Program-made: the position numbers and the translations under genes
Notes under the pieces: model-generated
Told to the model about the DNA's origin: nothing
What the model saw: the letters and a program-made list of their open reading frames with translations, nothing else
The model's database searches: none
NCBI GenBank assembly: GCA_036514715.1
Contig: DATBWR010000004.1
Location: 9,147 to 73,146 of the forward strand
Direction: 5' to 3'
DNA from: Candidatus Nanoarchaeia archaeon
GTDB taxonomy: Bacteria; Patescibacteriota; Microgenomatia; Woykebacterales; RBG-16-39-9b
DNA: 64,000 bases
Shown here: positions 25,763-34,973 of the stretch, one piece after another
How the letters are laid out: each line of letters begins with the position of its first letter
How positions within the stretch are numbered: position 1 is the stretch's first letter

Positions 25763-28387
25763 ATGTCGACTAAAGCCAAACCTAAATCCCACGGAAAGGA
25801 GTTTTCTTCCGTAAGGAAGCAGTCCCCGCAGGGGTTTAAGTTTTCGGAAAAGCTGCAGAAAAAGTTGGAAAGCGTAATTGCCGACGAGGCTAAAACTCAG
25901 CTAGATGGGATCAGGCAAAAAGTTTTTATGGACCGCTACTCCTTAAAAGATGGCGAAGGTAAAGCGGTGGAAGAACATCCCGAACAAATGTGGCGTCGGG
26001 TGGCAGCCGGTTTAGCGCAGGTTGAAAAAACTGCCCAAGATCAAAAGGACTGGACCCAAAAATTTTATTCAGCTCTCAAAGATTTTAAATATGTACCCGG
26101 CGGTCGGGTCCTTTCCGGGGCCGGTACTCCCTATGAGGTAACTTTTTACAATTGTTTTGTTATTCCCTCACCCCACGATTCCCGCAACGGCATTGTTGAT
26201 AACTTGAAATTAATGATCGATATTATGAGCCGCTCCGGTGGAGTTGGCATCAACCTTTCTTCTCTTCGTCCACGAGGAGCTCGGGTCAAGAAAGTTAACG
26301 GCACTTCCTCCGGGCCGGTCAATTGGGCAGAGCTTTATTCAACCGCTACGACTGATGTTATTCAACAAGGTGGATCTCGACGTGGTGCCTTGATGCTGAT
26401 GATTGATGACTGGCACCCGGATATTGAAGAGTTTATCGAAGTTAAAAAAGACCTTTCCCGAATTAATGGAGCTAACCTTTCAGTTTGCGCTTCGGATGAG
26501 TTTATGGAAGCAGTGAAAAAGAACGCCGATTGGGACCTTTACTTCCCTGATCTCACCGATCCGGATTACGACCGGGTTTGGGACGGCGATATTGAAAAAT
26601 GGAAAGCTCTAGGCAAAAAAGTCGTTCTCTACAAAACTGTTAAAGCAGCCGAAGTTTGGGAAAAGATTTGTCAGGCGGCTTGGGCTTCGGCCGAACCGGG
26701 TTTGCACTTTATTGGTCGGAGTAACTCTCGTAGCAACACTTGGTATTTTGAAAAACTCATTGCCACTAACCCCTGCGGCGAACAGCCTCTTGGGGCTTGG
26801 GCGGTATGTAATTTAGGGGCGATGAATTTGTCAGCTTTCGTTAACGAAAACAGCGAGTTTGACTACCAGGATTTGGAAGACAAGGTGCGGATTGCTATCC
26901 GGATGATGGACAATGTTATTGATGCAACCGGTTACTACTTCCCGGAAAATAAGGCTCAACAGATGGGCATCCGACGCACTGGTTTAGGAACCATGGGTTT
27001 GGGCGATGCTTTAATTAAAATGAAGTTGCGTTACGGTGCAGATGAGGCTCAAGGCGTAATTGAAAAAATCTACAAGACCATTCGTGATGCTGCCTACAGT
27101 GAAAGCGCTGCCCTTTCAGTTGAAAAAGGATCTTTCCCCAATTACAAAAAAGCAAAATACTTACAAGGTTGGTTCATCAAAAAACTTCCTAAAGAAATTC
27201 GTGATCTGATCGCCAAAAACGGCATCCGCAACGCAGTTCTTCTTACCCAAGCTCCCACCGGAACCACCAGTTTACTTTCCGGTGTCTCTAGCGGCATTGA
27301 GCCGGTTTATGATTTTGCCATGGTACGTCGGGATCGCACTGGTGAACACGTTCTTTATCACCCCCTTTATGAAGCTTGGAAAAAAGCCAATCCAGAGGTA
27401 GAGGTTGCTCCGGACTATTTTGTTAGTGCTAACGATTTGACTCCTGAAGATCATGTAAAAGTACAGGCCCTGGTACAGGATTACACTGATTCTTCTATTT
27501 CTAAGACTGTTAACGCACCCAATGCCCACACGGTTGAGGAAGTTCGACAGCTTTACATGCAGGCTTATGAACTGGGGTGCAAGGGCGTTACCTACATGAG
27601 GGACGGTTCCCGCGAAGGAGTGCTTTCTCACGAAGCCGGAGAGAAAACTAGTAGTGAGCACTCTGCAGCGGCTACCCTCCAACCGGTCTACTTGCGAAAG
27701 AGACCCGATTATCTTCACGGAGTGACGCGGAGGATTGCAACTCCAGTGGGACACGCCTTTGTGACTATTAATGAAGATGAGGCTGGTAATCCTTTTGAAG
27801 TTTTCATCAACGTTGGCAAGGCCGGCAGCGATATCACTGCGGATGCGGAAGCAATCGGTCGGTTAATTTCTTTGGCGCTACGTATCCCTTCGAATTACTC
27901 GCCCGCCGAAGTAGTGCAACAAGTGGTTAACCAACTCTCCGGAATTGGTGGCAGCAGTTCCCGTGGTTTTGGTATTGACCGCATCCACTCACTAGCCGAT
28001 GCCCTTTCCAAGGTCTTGGCAGAATATACTGGAAAGGGCAGCACCTACCCCTCTGTCGAAGAAGGAAAGGTAGCAGCTACTAACGGTAACGGTTTGCCTG
28101 CAACTAACGGGCATACTAATGGCAACACCAACGGTCAAAATAACGGGCACACAAGGGACGGTCAGGCAATTGTTCAAGCTAAAGAGTCGGTCGAAGTAGG
28201 TGAAGCCCCTGCCCTGATAAGCGAGCTTTCAGGAGGGCAAATTTTGCAGGCTTCAGGTGTTGAAAGTGAAAAGCCAATGGGCTTGCAGCCCAAGCGCTTT
28301 GACCTTTGCCCCAAATGTGGAGTGGCTTCCTTTGTTCACGAAGAAGGTTGCAGTAAGTGCATGAACTGCGGCCACTCCGAGTGCTAG
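25763..28387 (+). CDS. nrdJ: Class II adenosylcobalamin-dependent ribonucleotide reductase
   Basis: NCFV, GGSRRGA, TNPCGEQ, CNLG, APTGT, KGVT, TSCPD-like region and C-terminal CPKC..EEGC..C..CG.S.C; no nrdB nearby. Confidence 0.92.
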   Translation: MSTKAKPKSHGKEFSSVRKQSPQGFKFSEKLQKKLESVIADEAKTQLDGIRQKVFMDRYSLKDGEGKAVEEHPEQMWRRVAAGLAQVEKTAQDQKDWTQKFYSALKDFKYVPGGRVLSGAGTPYEVTFYNCFVIPSPHDSRNGIVDNLKLMIDIMSRSGGVGINLSSLRPRGARVKKVNGTSSGPVNWAELYSTATTDVIQQGGSRRGALMLMIDDWHPDIEEFIEVKKDLSRINGANLSVCASDEFMEAVKKNADWDLYFPDLTDPDYDRVWDGDIEKWKALGKKVVLYKTVKAAEVWEKICQAAWASAEPGLHFIGRSNSRSNTWYFEKLIATNPCGEQPLGAWAVCNLGAMNLSAFVNENSEFDYQDLEDKVRIAIRMMDNVIDATGYYFPENKAQQMGIRRTGLGTMGLGDALIKMKLRYGADEAQGVIEKIYKTIRDAAYSESAALSVEKGSFPNYKKAKYLQGWFIKKLPKEIRDLIAKNGIRNAVLLTQAPTGTTSLLSGVSSGIEPVYDFAMVRRDRTGEHVLYHPLYEAWKKANPEVEVAPDYFVSANDLTPEDHVKVQALVQDYTDSSISKTVNAPNAHTVEEVRQLYMQAYELGCKGVTYMRDGSREGVLSHEAGEKTSSEHSAAATLQPVYLRKRPDYLHGVTRRIATPVGHAFVTINEDEAGNPFEVFINVGKAGSDITADAEAIGRLISLALRIPSNYSPAEVVQQVVNQLSGIGGSSSRGFGIDRIHSLADALSKVLAEYTGKGSTYPSVEEGKVAATNGNGLPATNGHTNGNTNGQNNGHTRDGQAIVQAKESVEVGEAPALISELSGGQILQASGVESEKPMGLQPKRFDLCPKCGVASFVHEEGCSKCMNCGHSEC

Positions 28388-28436
28388 TTGACAAGACTTT
28401 AACAAACCTTTAGAGTGAGTATACTTTAAAAATTTA

Positions 28437-28520
28437 GAGCAAAGGATTAATTGGTGAAAGGCCGTGGAATTCGGCCGGACTGCCGGTACTGTTATACCCA
28501 GAACCCAACCTTTGTGTTCC
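28437..28520 (+). ncRNA. Cobalamin riboswitch (short variant)
   Basis: GAAAG-GCCGTGGAATTCGGC..GACTGCC..ACTGT..CCCAG..CC core; closing stem GCAAAGG/CCTTTGT; promoter TTGACA-N17-TAGAGT at 28388-28416. Confidence 0.72.
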
Positions 28521-28553
28521 TTCGAGCAAGGGAGGTGTTGATGAGTGTTTCTT

Positions 28554-28587
28554 AACCAACCAACTTTGCGGGTTGGTTTTTATTTTC
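28554..28587 (+). terminator. Intrinsic terminator in the riboswitch expression platform
   Basis: AACCAACC...GGTTGGTT followed by TTTATTTT. Confidence 0.7.
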
Positions 28588-28618
28588 TGCCAATTATTAA
28601 TTAATCTTAAGGAAAAAT

Positions 28619-29041
28619 ATGATGGATTTTGTTAGAAAGAATTTACTGTTGGTTGTTGCGGCTCTTGTTATCTTGGTTGGTGGAGGTTGGTATGTTGTCG
28701 ACCAGAACAAAAACACTCCAGAGCAAAATACCCAGACCTCTCAAGAAAAGAAAACTCAAGCCACAATTACTGTTGACGACGGTACTGGTGCTAAAACTTA
28801 CACAGTTGAGAACGTTGAAGGTAAAACTGCTCTGGAAGTTACTCAGATGGCTACCAGTGAGGTTGAAATGACTGGTGAGGGCACTAATGCCTACATCACC
28901 GCCATCAACGGTCGCGAAGCTTCAAACGACAAGAAAGAGTATTGGAAGTTGGTAATCAACGGCAGCGATGCTCAGGTCGGTGCTGGTAGTTACGTTGTAC
29001 AAGACGGTGATACTATCGCTTGGGAAATTGCGACGTATTAA
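28619..29041 (+). CDS. DUF4430/transcobalamin-like membrane-anchored protein, putative B12 binding
   Basis: TALE, YITAING, YWKLVING....VGAGSY....GD.I.W. Confidence 0.75.
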   Translation: MMDFVRKNLLLVVAALVILVGGGWYVVDQNKNTPEQNTQTSQEKKTQATITVDDGTGAKTYTVENVEGKTALEVTQMATSEVEMTGEGTNAYITAINGREASNDKKEYWKLVINGSDAQVGAGSYVVQDGDTIAWEIATY

Positions 29042-29104
29042 GCTAAAATGTATAATTAGTTAGTTTTGAAACTAATCCTGCCCTAATTATACTTAAAACA
29101 ACTT

Positions 29105-29638
29105 ATGCAAAAGATTTTGGAAAAACTCTCTAATCCACTAATTTTTGTTCTGATCGCAGCGACTTTGCGGGTAGTACCACACGCGCCGAACTTTGCACCG
29201 ATTGGTGCCATGGCTTTGTTTGGTGGAGCCTACCTTGGTCGAAAGTGGGCAATTGCCTTGCCACTTGTGGCGATGTTTCTCTCCGACCTTTTCATCGGAT
29301 TTGACAGCTTAACTTCGAGATTGACTGTTTATGGCAGCTTTGCGCTGATTGGGTTAATTGGAATGTGGCTGAAAAACCACCGTTCATTCCAAAACGTAGT
29401 TTTGGCAGCGCTGGGATCGTCCGTCTTGTTCTTTGTCACCACTAATTTCGGTGTTTGGGCGTTTGGAACTCTTTACCCAAAAACTGCCGAGGGTTTGGTA
29501 GCCTGTTTTGTTGCTGCCATCCCTTTCTTTAGAAACACTCTGATGGGCGATCTATTCTACACCACAGTTTTCTTTGGTGGTTATGAGTTGGTTAAGGCTT
29601 TGGTGAAAAGTAGAAAATTGGCAGTTTTGAAGGGATAA
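29105..29638 (+). CDS. DUF6580-like / ECF S-component-like membrane protein, putative vitamin transport
   Basis: PNFAPIGAMALFGG, SD..IG, FF..TNF.VW, AIPFFRN...GD. Confidence 0.7.
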   Translation: MQKILEKLSNPLIFVLIAATLRVVPHAPNFAPIGAMALFGGAYLGRKWAIALPLVAMFLSDLFIGFDSLTSRLTVYGSFALIGLIGMWLKNHRSFQNVVLAALGSSVLFFVTTNFGVWAFGTLYPKTAEGLVACFVAAIPFFRNTLMGDLFYTTVFFGGYELVKALVKSRKLAVLKG

Positions 29639-29713
29639 AAATAACGATCAATAAGTTGTTTCTGAGAAACTAAGCATTAATATTACGATCGATATTTTCT
29701 CGAGGACTCAAAA

Positions 29714-29953
29714 ATGGCTAAAAAAGAAGAAAAATTTGAAGTTCGCGGTGAAGACGTGGTCAAAAAAGTAAAAGAATTGATCAAAGAAGGCAACATTCGT
29801 TCGATAACTATCTCCGATAAACAAGGTAAAGTAATTGCCTCCTTTCCTCTGACGGTGGGTGTTGTCGGTGCTCTTCTTGCCCCGCCCTTGGCCGCAATTG
29901 GTGCGATCGCCGCACTGGTTACCGATTGCACGATCTCCGTTGAACGCCGCTAA
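29714..29953 (+). CDS. DUF4342-like small protein
   Basis: KVKELIKEGN.R.I, PLTVGVVG..LAP.LAAIG. Confidence 0.75.
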   Translation: MAKKEEKFEVRGEDVVKKVKELIKEGNIRSITISDKQGKVIASFPLTVGVVGALLAPPLAAIGAIAALVTDCTISVERR

Positions 29954-30039
29954 ATTGGTATTTTGTCCCCAAAATATCGCACGCATATAATAAAACTTAA
30001 GATTTTCAAATCTACCTTTAGTGCGATATAATTTTCCCA

Positions 30040-30807
30040 ATGGACGAATTCAAAAAAGTAGCCCTGGAAGCTGTCAAAGCTGCTGAGGAGCGAATTCTTT
30101 TTCATTTCAACCAAGAACTTGTCGCTGAGCAAAAAGCGGACTTTTCACCAGTGACCAAGGCTGATAAAGAGGCCGAAGAAATAATTGTTTCTACAATTAA
30201 AAAAAGATTTCCCAACCACGGTTTTAGCGGCGAGGAATTTGGCACTGATAATCCAAATGCTGAATTTGTTTGGTACATAGACCCGATTGACGGAACCAAA
30301 GAGTTTATCCACGGTATTGAAACTTTTGGTACAATCTTGGGTTTAAAACACGGTGATCAAATAATTTTGGGTGTAGTAAACTTACCGGCTTTAAAAGAGC
30401 TAATTTTTGCTTCCACTCAAGAGCAAACAACTATAAATGCCGCGAGGGTTGGCGTGTCCAAAACTGACGATTTAAGTAAGGCTTACATCAATTTTGGTGG
30501 ATATCGGGTCTTAGAAAACCAGGGTTATATGCAAGCCCTTATCAACCTAAAAAACCGAGCTCAAAGCGTTAAAGGTTTCCCCTACGCTTACAGTTTTAGT
30601 CTATTGGTAAAAGGCAAAATCGACGGAATGATTGACCCGGCTGCTTTACCTCACGATGTTTCCGCTTGGACAATAATTGTTAAACAAGCAGGAGGAAAAT
30701 ACTCTGATTTTTACGGTAATGAAGACACGCTTGGGCCAACCTCACTGGCTACTAACGGAAAGATCCACAGCCAGCTAATGGAAATATTGAAAGAGGTTAA
30801 AGTTTAA
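30040..30807 (+). CDS. Inositol monophosphatase family (HisN/SuhB-like)
   Basis: VTKAD, GEE, WYIDPIDGT. Confidence 0.88.
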   Translation: MDEFKKVALEAVKAAEERILFHFNQELVAEQKADFSPVTKADKEAEEIIVSTIKKRFPNHGFSGEEFGTDNPNAEFVWYIDPIDGTKEFIHGIETFGTILGLKHGDQIILGVVNLPALKELIFASTQEQTTINAARVGVSKTDDLSKAYINFGGYRVLENQGYMQALINLKNRAQSVKGFPYAYSFSLLVKGKIDGMIDPAALPHDVSAWTIIVKQAGGKYSDFYGNEDTLGPTSLATNGKIHSQLMEILKEVKV

Positions 30808-30888
30808 TGGCAAAGTTAAACCAATACATGTTCGTATTCTTCTTTCTGGGTTTTAAATAGGTTTTTAACTGCCAATTTTAAGAATTGT

Positions 30889-31689
30889 ATGCAAATTACA
30901 GATTTCTCACAAGTAAGAAATAAGCGACTAATCGTCTTTGACCTCGACGGTACACTTGCTCCGACCAAGTCAACTATAGACCAAGAAATGTCAAGTCTTC
31001 TTGTAGATCTTTTAAAAGTTAAAAAAGTAGCAGTTATTGGCGGCGGCAAACTGGAACTTTTCCAAGAACAATTATTAGATAATTTAAGAGTATCAAATGA
31101 ACTTTTAAAAAATCTCTTCTTATTCCCCACCACAGCCACCACTTTTTACAAACACGAAAATGGCGAATGGGAACAAATTTACGCCCACAATCTTTCCAAA
31201 GAAGAAGTCGACAAAATTATGGCTGCTTTCGACAAAGTATTAAAAGAAGTCGATTACAAGCCGGAAAAAACTTACGGTGAAATTATAGAAAATCGTGGTA
31301 GCCAAATTACCTGGTCGGCACTAGGTCAGGACGTTGTCAAAATTTTAGGTGACAAAGGCGTCGAACTTAAAAATAAATGGAGGGAAGAAAACACTCCACT
31401 CAAGCTTAAAATTGCCAAAATGCTCCAGGAAGAATTGTCCAATCTAGAAATCCACGCAGCTGGTTACACGTCAATCGACATCACCAAACCCGGTATCGAC
31501 AAAGCCTACGGACTTCACCAAATCGAGGAACATCTAGGTATAAAAATAGAAAACATGCTTTTTGTTGGTGATGCCATTTTCGAAGGTGGGAACGATTATG
31601 CCATCACCAAAACTCCAGTGAATTACGTTCAAGTAAAAGATCCCCAAGAGACTAAAGCTGTAATAAAAGCGGTTCTGCACTCCTCTTAA
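30889..31689 (+). CDS. HAD IIB hydrolase (eukaryotic-type phosphomannomutase-like)
   Basis: FDLDGTL, ENRGSQI, SIDIT..GIDK, FVGD...GGND. Confidence 0.82.
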   Translation: MQITDFSQVRNKRLIVFDLDGTLAPTKSTIDQEMSSLLVDLLKVKKVAVIGGGKLELFQEQLLDNLRVSNELLKNLFLFPTTATTFYKHENGEWEQIYAHNLSKEEVDKIMAAFDKVLKEVDYKPEKTYGEIIENRGSQITWSALGQDVVKILGDKGVELKNKWREENTPLKLKIAKMLQEELSNLEIHAAGYTSIDITKPGIDKAYGLHQIEEHLGIKIENMLFVGDAIFEGGNDYAITKTPVNYVQVKDPQETKAVIKAVLHSS

Positions 31690-31750
31690 ATTTTCGAAGA
31701 AAAACTTTTTCGCCTTCCTTTTGTTGGCCGAGATTGGAAGACAGTTTAAT

Positions 31751-32839
31751 TTACCATTGGGGAAGGAAGTCGCGGTAGTTTTCGGGAGTAATTTCCACAA
31801 GTTGGGCGTTTTCCTCGACAATTTTGCGGGCGACTTTCCTTAGCACCCCATTAATCGTTCGTTGAATGTTGCGGATATCAATTTCGTAACCAAAAGGCTT
31901 AATCATTAAGGGCCAAACCTCTTCACTAAATTTAACCTTGGCGCTATCAACGCCAGTAGCTACCAACTCTCGAGGGTAAAGATAATCGCGGGCAATTTTC
32001 ATTTTATCTTCGTCAGTGTAGCGGGGCATAATAATAATTTCGAGACGGTCCATTACTGCTGAGGTAATATTGCCCATGCGGTTAGCTGAGGCAATAAAAA
32101 GCACTTCGGATAAATCAACTGGATAGTTAATGTAGTAGTCAGTGAAGGCAAAATTTTGTTCCGGGTCAAGTAACTCAAGCAGCACTCCCATAATGTCGCT
32201 TTCAGCACCCTCTGCAATTGAATCAATTTCATCAAGCAGAATTACCGGATTTTTGGTGCCAGCACGAACCAAGGAACGTACAACGGTGCCTGGTTCAGCC
32301 TGCGGTAGAGTGCGGGGCTGGCCGCGCAGTAACATGGGGTTACTCATACCACCCATGGCAATTCGGCCAAACTTCCTGCCCAAAGACTCCGCAATTGAAG
32401 CGGCAAACGAAGTTTTGCCGCTGCCGGGTAAGCCCACAAAACAGAGGATGCTAGCCCGGGTAGTTTTGAAAACCTTATCAGAGTCTTTTTCCTGGTGGAG
32501 TTTAAGAACCGATAAATATTCCAAAATTCGGTTTTTTACTGACTCTAAGCCCCAATGGCTCTTATCAAGAATTGTTTTGGCAGCTTTTAAGTCAAGATTA
32601 TCGGTCGAACGGGCAGCCCAGGGTATTTTTAGGATCCAATCAATATATTTGGCAGCTTGCTCGTAATCTTGCTGATACACGCCATGGGTCATGGCGCGAT
32701 TGAGCCGCACCAAAGTTTCTTTAGCAGTTTCTTTGAGATCGTCTGGTAAGTGCGCTTTCTCAAGTTTTTCAGAAAGTGCGGAAATTTCGAGTAGTGTAGA
32801 TTCTTGAGGTTCTTGGTCTTTTTCTTTGGCAGTGGGCAT
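31751..32839 (-). CDS. Lon-like AAA+ ATPase without protease domain
   Basis: HWGL..VK.RILEY, GLPGSGKTS, NPVILLDEID, LLDPEQN..F.D.Y, DRLE; ends after the lid domain. Confidence 0.85.
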   Translation of the reverse strand: MPTAKEKDQEPQESTLLEISALSEKLEKAHLPDDLKETAKETLVRLNRAMTHGVYQQDYEQAAKYIDWILKIPWAARSTDNLDLKAAKTILDKSHWGLESVKNRILEYLSVLKLHQEKDSDKVFKTTRASILCFVGLPGSGKTSFAASIAESLGRKFGRIAMGGMSNPMLLRGQPRTLPQAEPGTVVRSLVRAGTKNPVILLDEIDSIAEGAESDIMGVLLELLDPEQNFAFTDYYINYPVDLSEVLFIASANRMGNITSAVMDRLEIIIMPRYTDEDKMKIARDYLYPRELVATGVDSAKVKFSEEVWPLMIKPFGYEIDIRNIQRTINGVLRKVARKIVEENAQLVEITPENYRDFLPQW

Positions 32840-32955
32840 TGTTCTAAACTATTCTAGGGATAAGGAAGAATTTAGTCAACCGTTTAAAAGAAGGAGCTAC
32901 AAAATTGTCAGGAAAGTTTGGTTGTACGTTGACTAAGTAGTTATAATAACTTATT

Positions 32956-33171
32956 ATGAAAACAACCTATATGGCTAAAGTAAAGTCCCTCCCCAAAAAA
33001 GATTTAGTACCAGGAAGCAAAATCCCCATTACCTACCTACTAGACTATGTAAAAGAGGGTTATTCTGTTACCGATTTTGTCTCTGCCTACCCTTGGGTAA
33101 AAAGAAGTGATGTTGAAAAAGCTCTTGAAGAGATAAAAAAGCGAGATTTCACTTCGCAATATGCCGTCTAG
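32956..33171 (+). CDS. DUF433-like antitoxin
   Basis: GSKIPI..LL.....G......AYP......V..AL; overlaps the PIN gene. Confidence 0.7.
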   Translation: MKTTYMAKVKSLPKKDLVPGSKIPITYLLDYVKEGYSVTDFVSAYPWVKRSDVEKALEEIKKRDFTSQYAV

Positions 33172-33565
33172 ACAGGCAAAGCTTCAATTCTACGCTGACG
33201 AGTGTTTCCCAATCACATCAGTAACTTTTTTGAAATCACTAGGATATTCCGTAATTCACGCTTACGATATTAAATTTGTTAGAAAATCGGATCCAAAGCA
33301 CTTACTAAAAAGTAAGGAGCTAAATAGAGTCCTCTTAACTACTGACCGAGATTTTCTTTACTACAGCGAAGCTAATTTGGCCAACCATCCAGGCGTAATA
33401 GTTATTTCTTCTGGATCAGTAACTGCTCCCAAAGTTAACACTGTATGTAGCAAGTTATTCCAAAAGTTAAGTAGTGATTTAGTAAAAAGTTCGTTAGTAC
33501 GCTCTTCGAGCGAGAAGATGGTTAAGTTTAAAGATGGGGAGAAAGTTTTAGAGAGAAAATTGTAA
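33161..33565 (+). CDS. DUF5615/Mut7-C-like PIN toxin
   Basis: FYADE, LG..V.H, D, RVLLTTDRDF, HPGVI. Confidence 0.8.
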   Translation: MPSRQAKLQFYADECFPITSVTFLKSLGYSVIHAYDIKFVRKSDPKHLLKSKELNRVLLTTDRDFLYYSEANLANHPGVIVISSGSVTAPKVNTVCSKLFQKLSSDLVKSSLVRSSSEKMVKFKDGEKVLERKL

Positions 33566-33644
33566 CTAAAGTTATAGGTTGGTTGGAAAAGCTGTCAAGG
33601 AAATTTTACTGTGTCTCCTAAATTTTTTACCGGCCAATTACTGC

Positions 33645-34010
33645 TCATCTTAGTCCAAGCCAAGCTAATAGAACTGTAATTATTACAGTAATAACAATCT
33701 TTTCTAAATTTCTAGTTACCCAGTTAGGGATATGCACTCTAGGGAATTTTATGGTTTTATTAATCTTGGTAGCCCAAGGATATTTTGCCCCGCACTTATG
33801 GCAATGTGACGGAATAGAAGTTGGACCCCCTCCTATTACATTTGGTATCACGTAGTCACCTCTTATAGGCTCGTTGCATTTAGGGCACGTGTGGATGGTT
33901 TTTGCTCCACAATTACCACAAAAATCCTTTCTATGCTGTTGCAATTCATTATAATGGTCTGTAATTTGATGACCATTTAAACAAACTTGCATTACGTCAT
34001 AATATCCCAT
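33645..34010 (-). CDS. DUF2321-like zinc-ribbon protein with C-terminal TM
   Basis: YDVMQVCLNGH, FCGNCG..TI..CP.C...IRG, C..CG..YPW. Start ATG 34010. Confidence 0.75.
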   Translation of the reverse strand: MGYYDVMQVCLNGHQITDHYNELQQHRKDFCGNCGAKTIHTCPKCNEPIRGDYVIPNVIGGGPTSIPSHCHKCGAKYPWATKINKTIKFPRVHIPNWVTRNLEKIVITVIITVLLAWLGLR

Positions 34011-34018
34011 GATTTTAA

Positions 34019-34309
34019 TTACCTTTCTCCGCAAGTTGGGTTGTACTGAGTTCTGATCATTAATTCGATCTTTAGACGAGTTTGTTCGTCCGCGATTTGT
34101 AAAATATACAATCCTAAATTTCCGGCTTTGTTTCTTTCCCAACAAGCTTGCCATGGGTGGTTTGGGAACCTATTATTTAAATCATCTGTTTGACCCACGT
34201 CTAACAACTTTGGTTGGTTATCAACAATTACATATACAGCAGATATTTGATTCGTGAAACCTCGGAGTGGATCGAACGGTCCTTCAAAATTGTAACCGGT
34301 AATGTTCAC
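34019..34309 (-). CDS. Small GIY-YIG-like protein
   Basis: AVYVI...LLDVGQT.DL..R...H...E pattern. Confidence 0.6.
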   Translation of the reverse strand: MNITGYNFEGPFDPLRGFTNQISAVYVIVDNQPKLLDVGQTDDLNNRFPNHPWQACWERNKAGNLGLYILQIADEQTRLKIELMIRTQYNPTCGER

Positions 34310-34441
34310 CTAACCTCCTTACACTTGACAATTTCTGTAATTTTTTGGTTAAATTTACAATGAAGGCCAAAACCTTCACAAAAGTGCTGTTTTCCTTTGA
34401 ACGGGGGAGCGGCACTTTTATTGTCTCTAATTATACAGAAG

Positions 34442-34849
34442 TCACTTATTGTTTTCAAGTAGATCTATAACAAAAATCTCTCCAAACTCACCATCTTTAA
34501 CTTTGGTAGGAGTTTTTCTACCAACATATTCCTCTTTATTTATCTCATTAGATATCAAAAATGATCTAACTGTAACAGAACCTGTTGTTCTTTTATTTCC
34601 GTGAATTATTGTGAAGGCGCCTTCAGCATCCTTATCGTTTGTGAACTGGAAACCCACAGCTTTCCTACTTTTATCGTAGAAAAGTACGACCTTATTATAT
34701 CTACTTATACCTTCTCGATTGTAGAACCCGCTGCTGAACCCGAATGAGTGTGAGCCAGTAAGGCTAATCGAATAATTGCCTAATTTAGACCCGATTTTCG
34801 TGAAACGTTTGAATTTATAGTCAGACATAGTGTTGTAGTCACTGTACAT
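34442..34849 (-). CDS. Hypothetical protein
   Basis: 135-aa AT-rich ORF; no motif recognised. Confidence 0.6.
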   Translation of the reverse strand: MYSDYNTMSDYKFKRFTKIGSKLGNYSISLTGSHSFGFSSGFYNREGISRYNKVVLFYDKSRKAVGFQFTNDKDAEGAFTIIHGNKRTTGSVTVRSFLISNEINKEEYVGRKTPTKVKDGEFGEIFVIDLLENNK

Positions 34850-34973
34850 GATCTATTATAAGTTGTCAAGTGTTTAATACAGTAGTTTTAAATTTACTGT
34901 CTGCAGTTTAATTATTAAACTCTAGATGAGTTTCTTTTATCGGAGGTTTTAAGCTTGTTTTAAATATTTGGGG

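Noticed and set aside
28070-28150. Asn/Gly-rich repeat in nrdJ as an intein or insertion
   Set aside because: No intein splice motifs; looks like a low-complexity linker before the C-terminal Cys domain.
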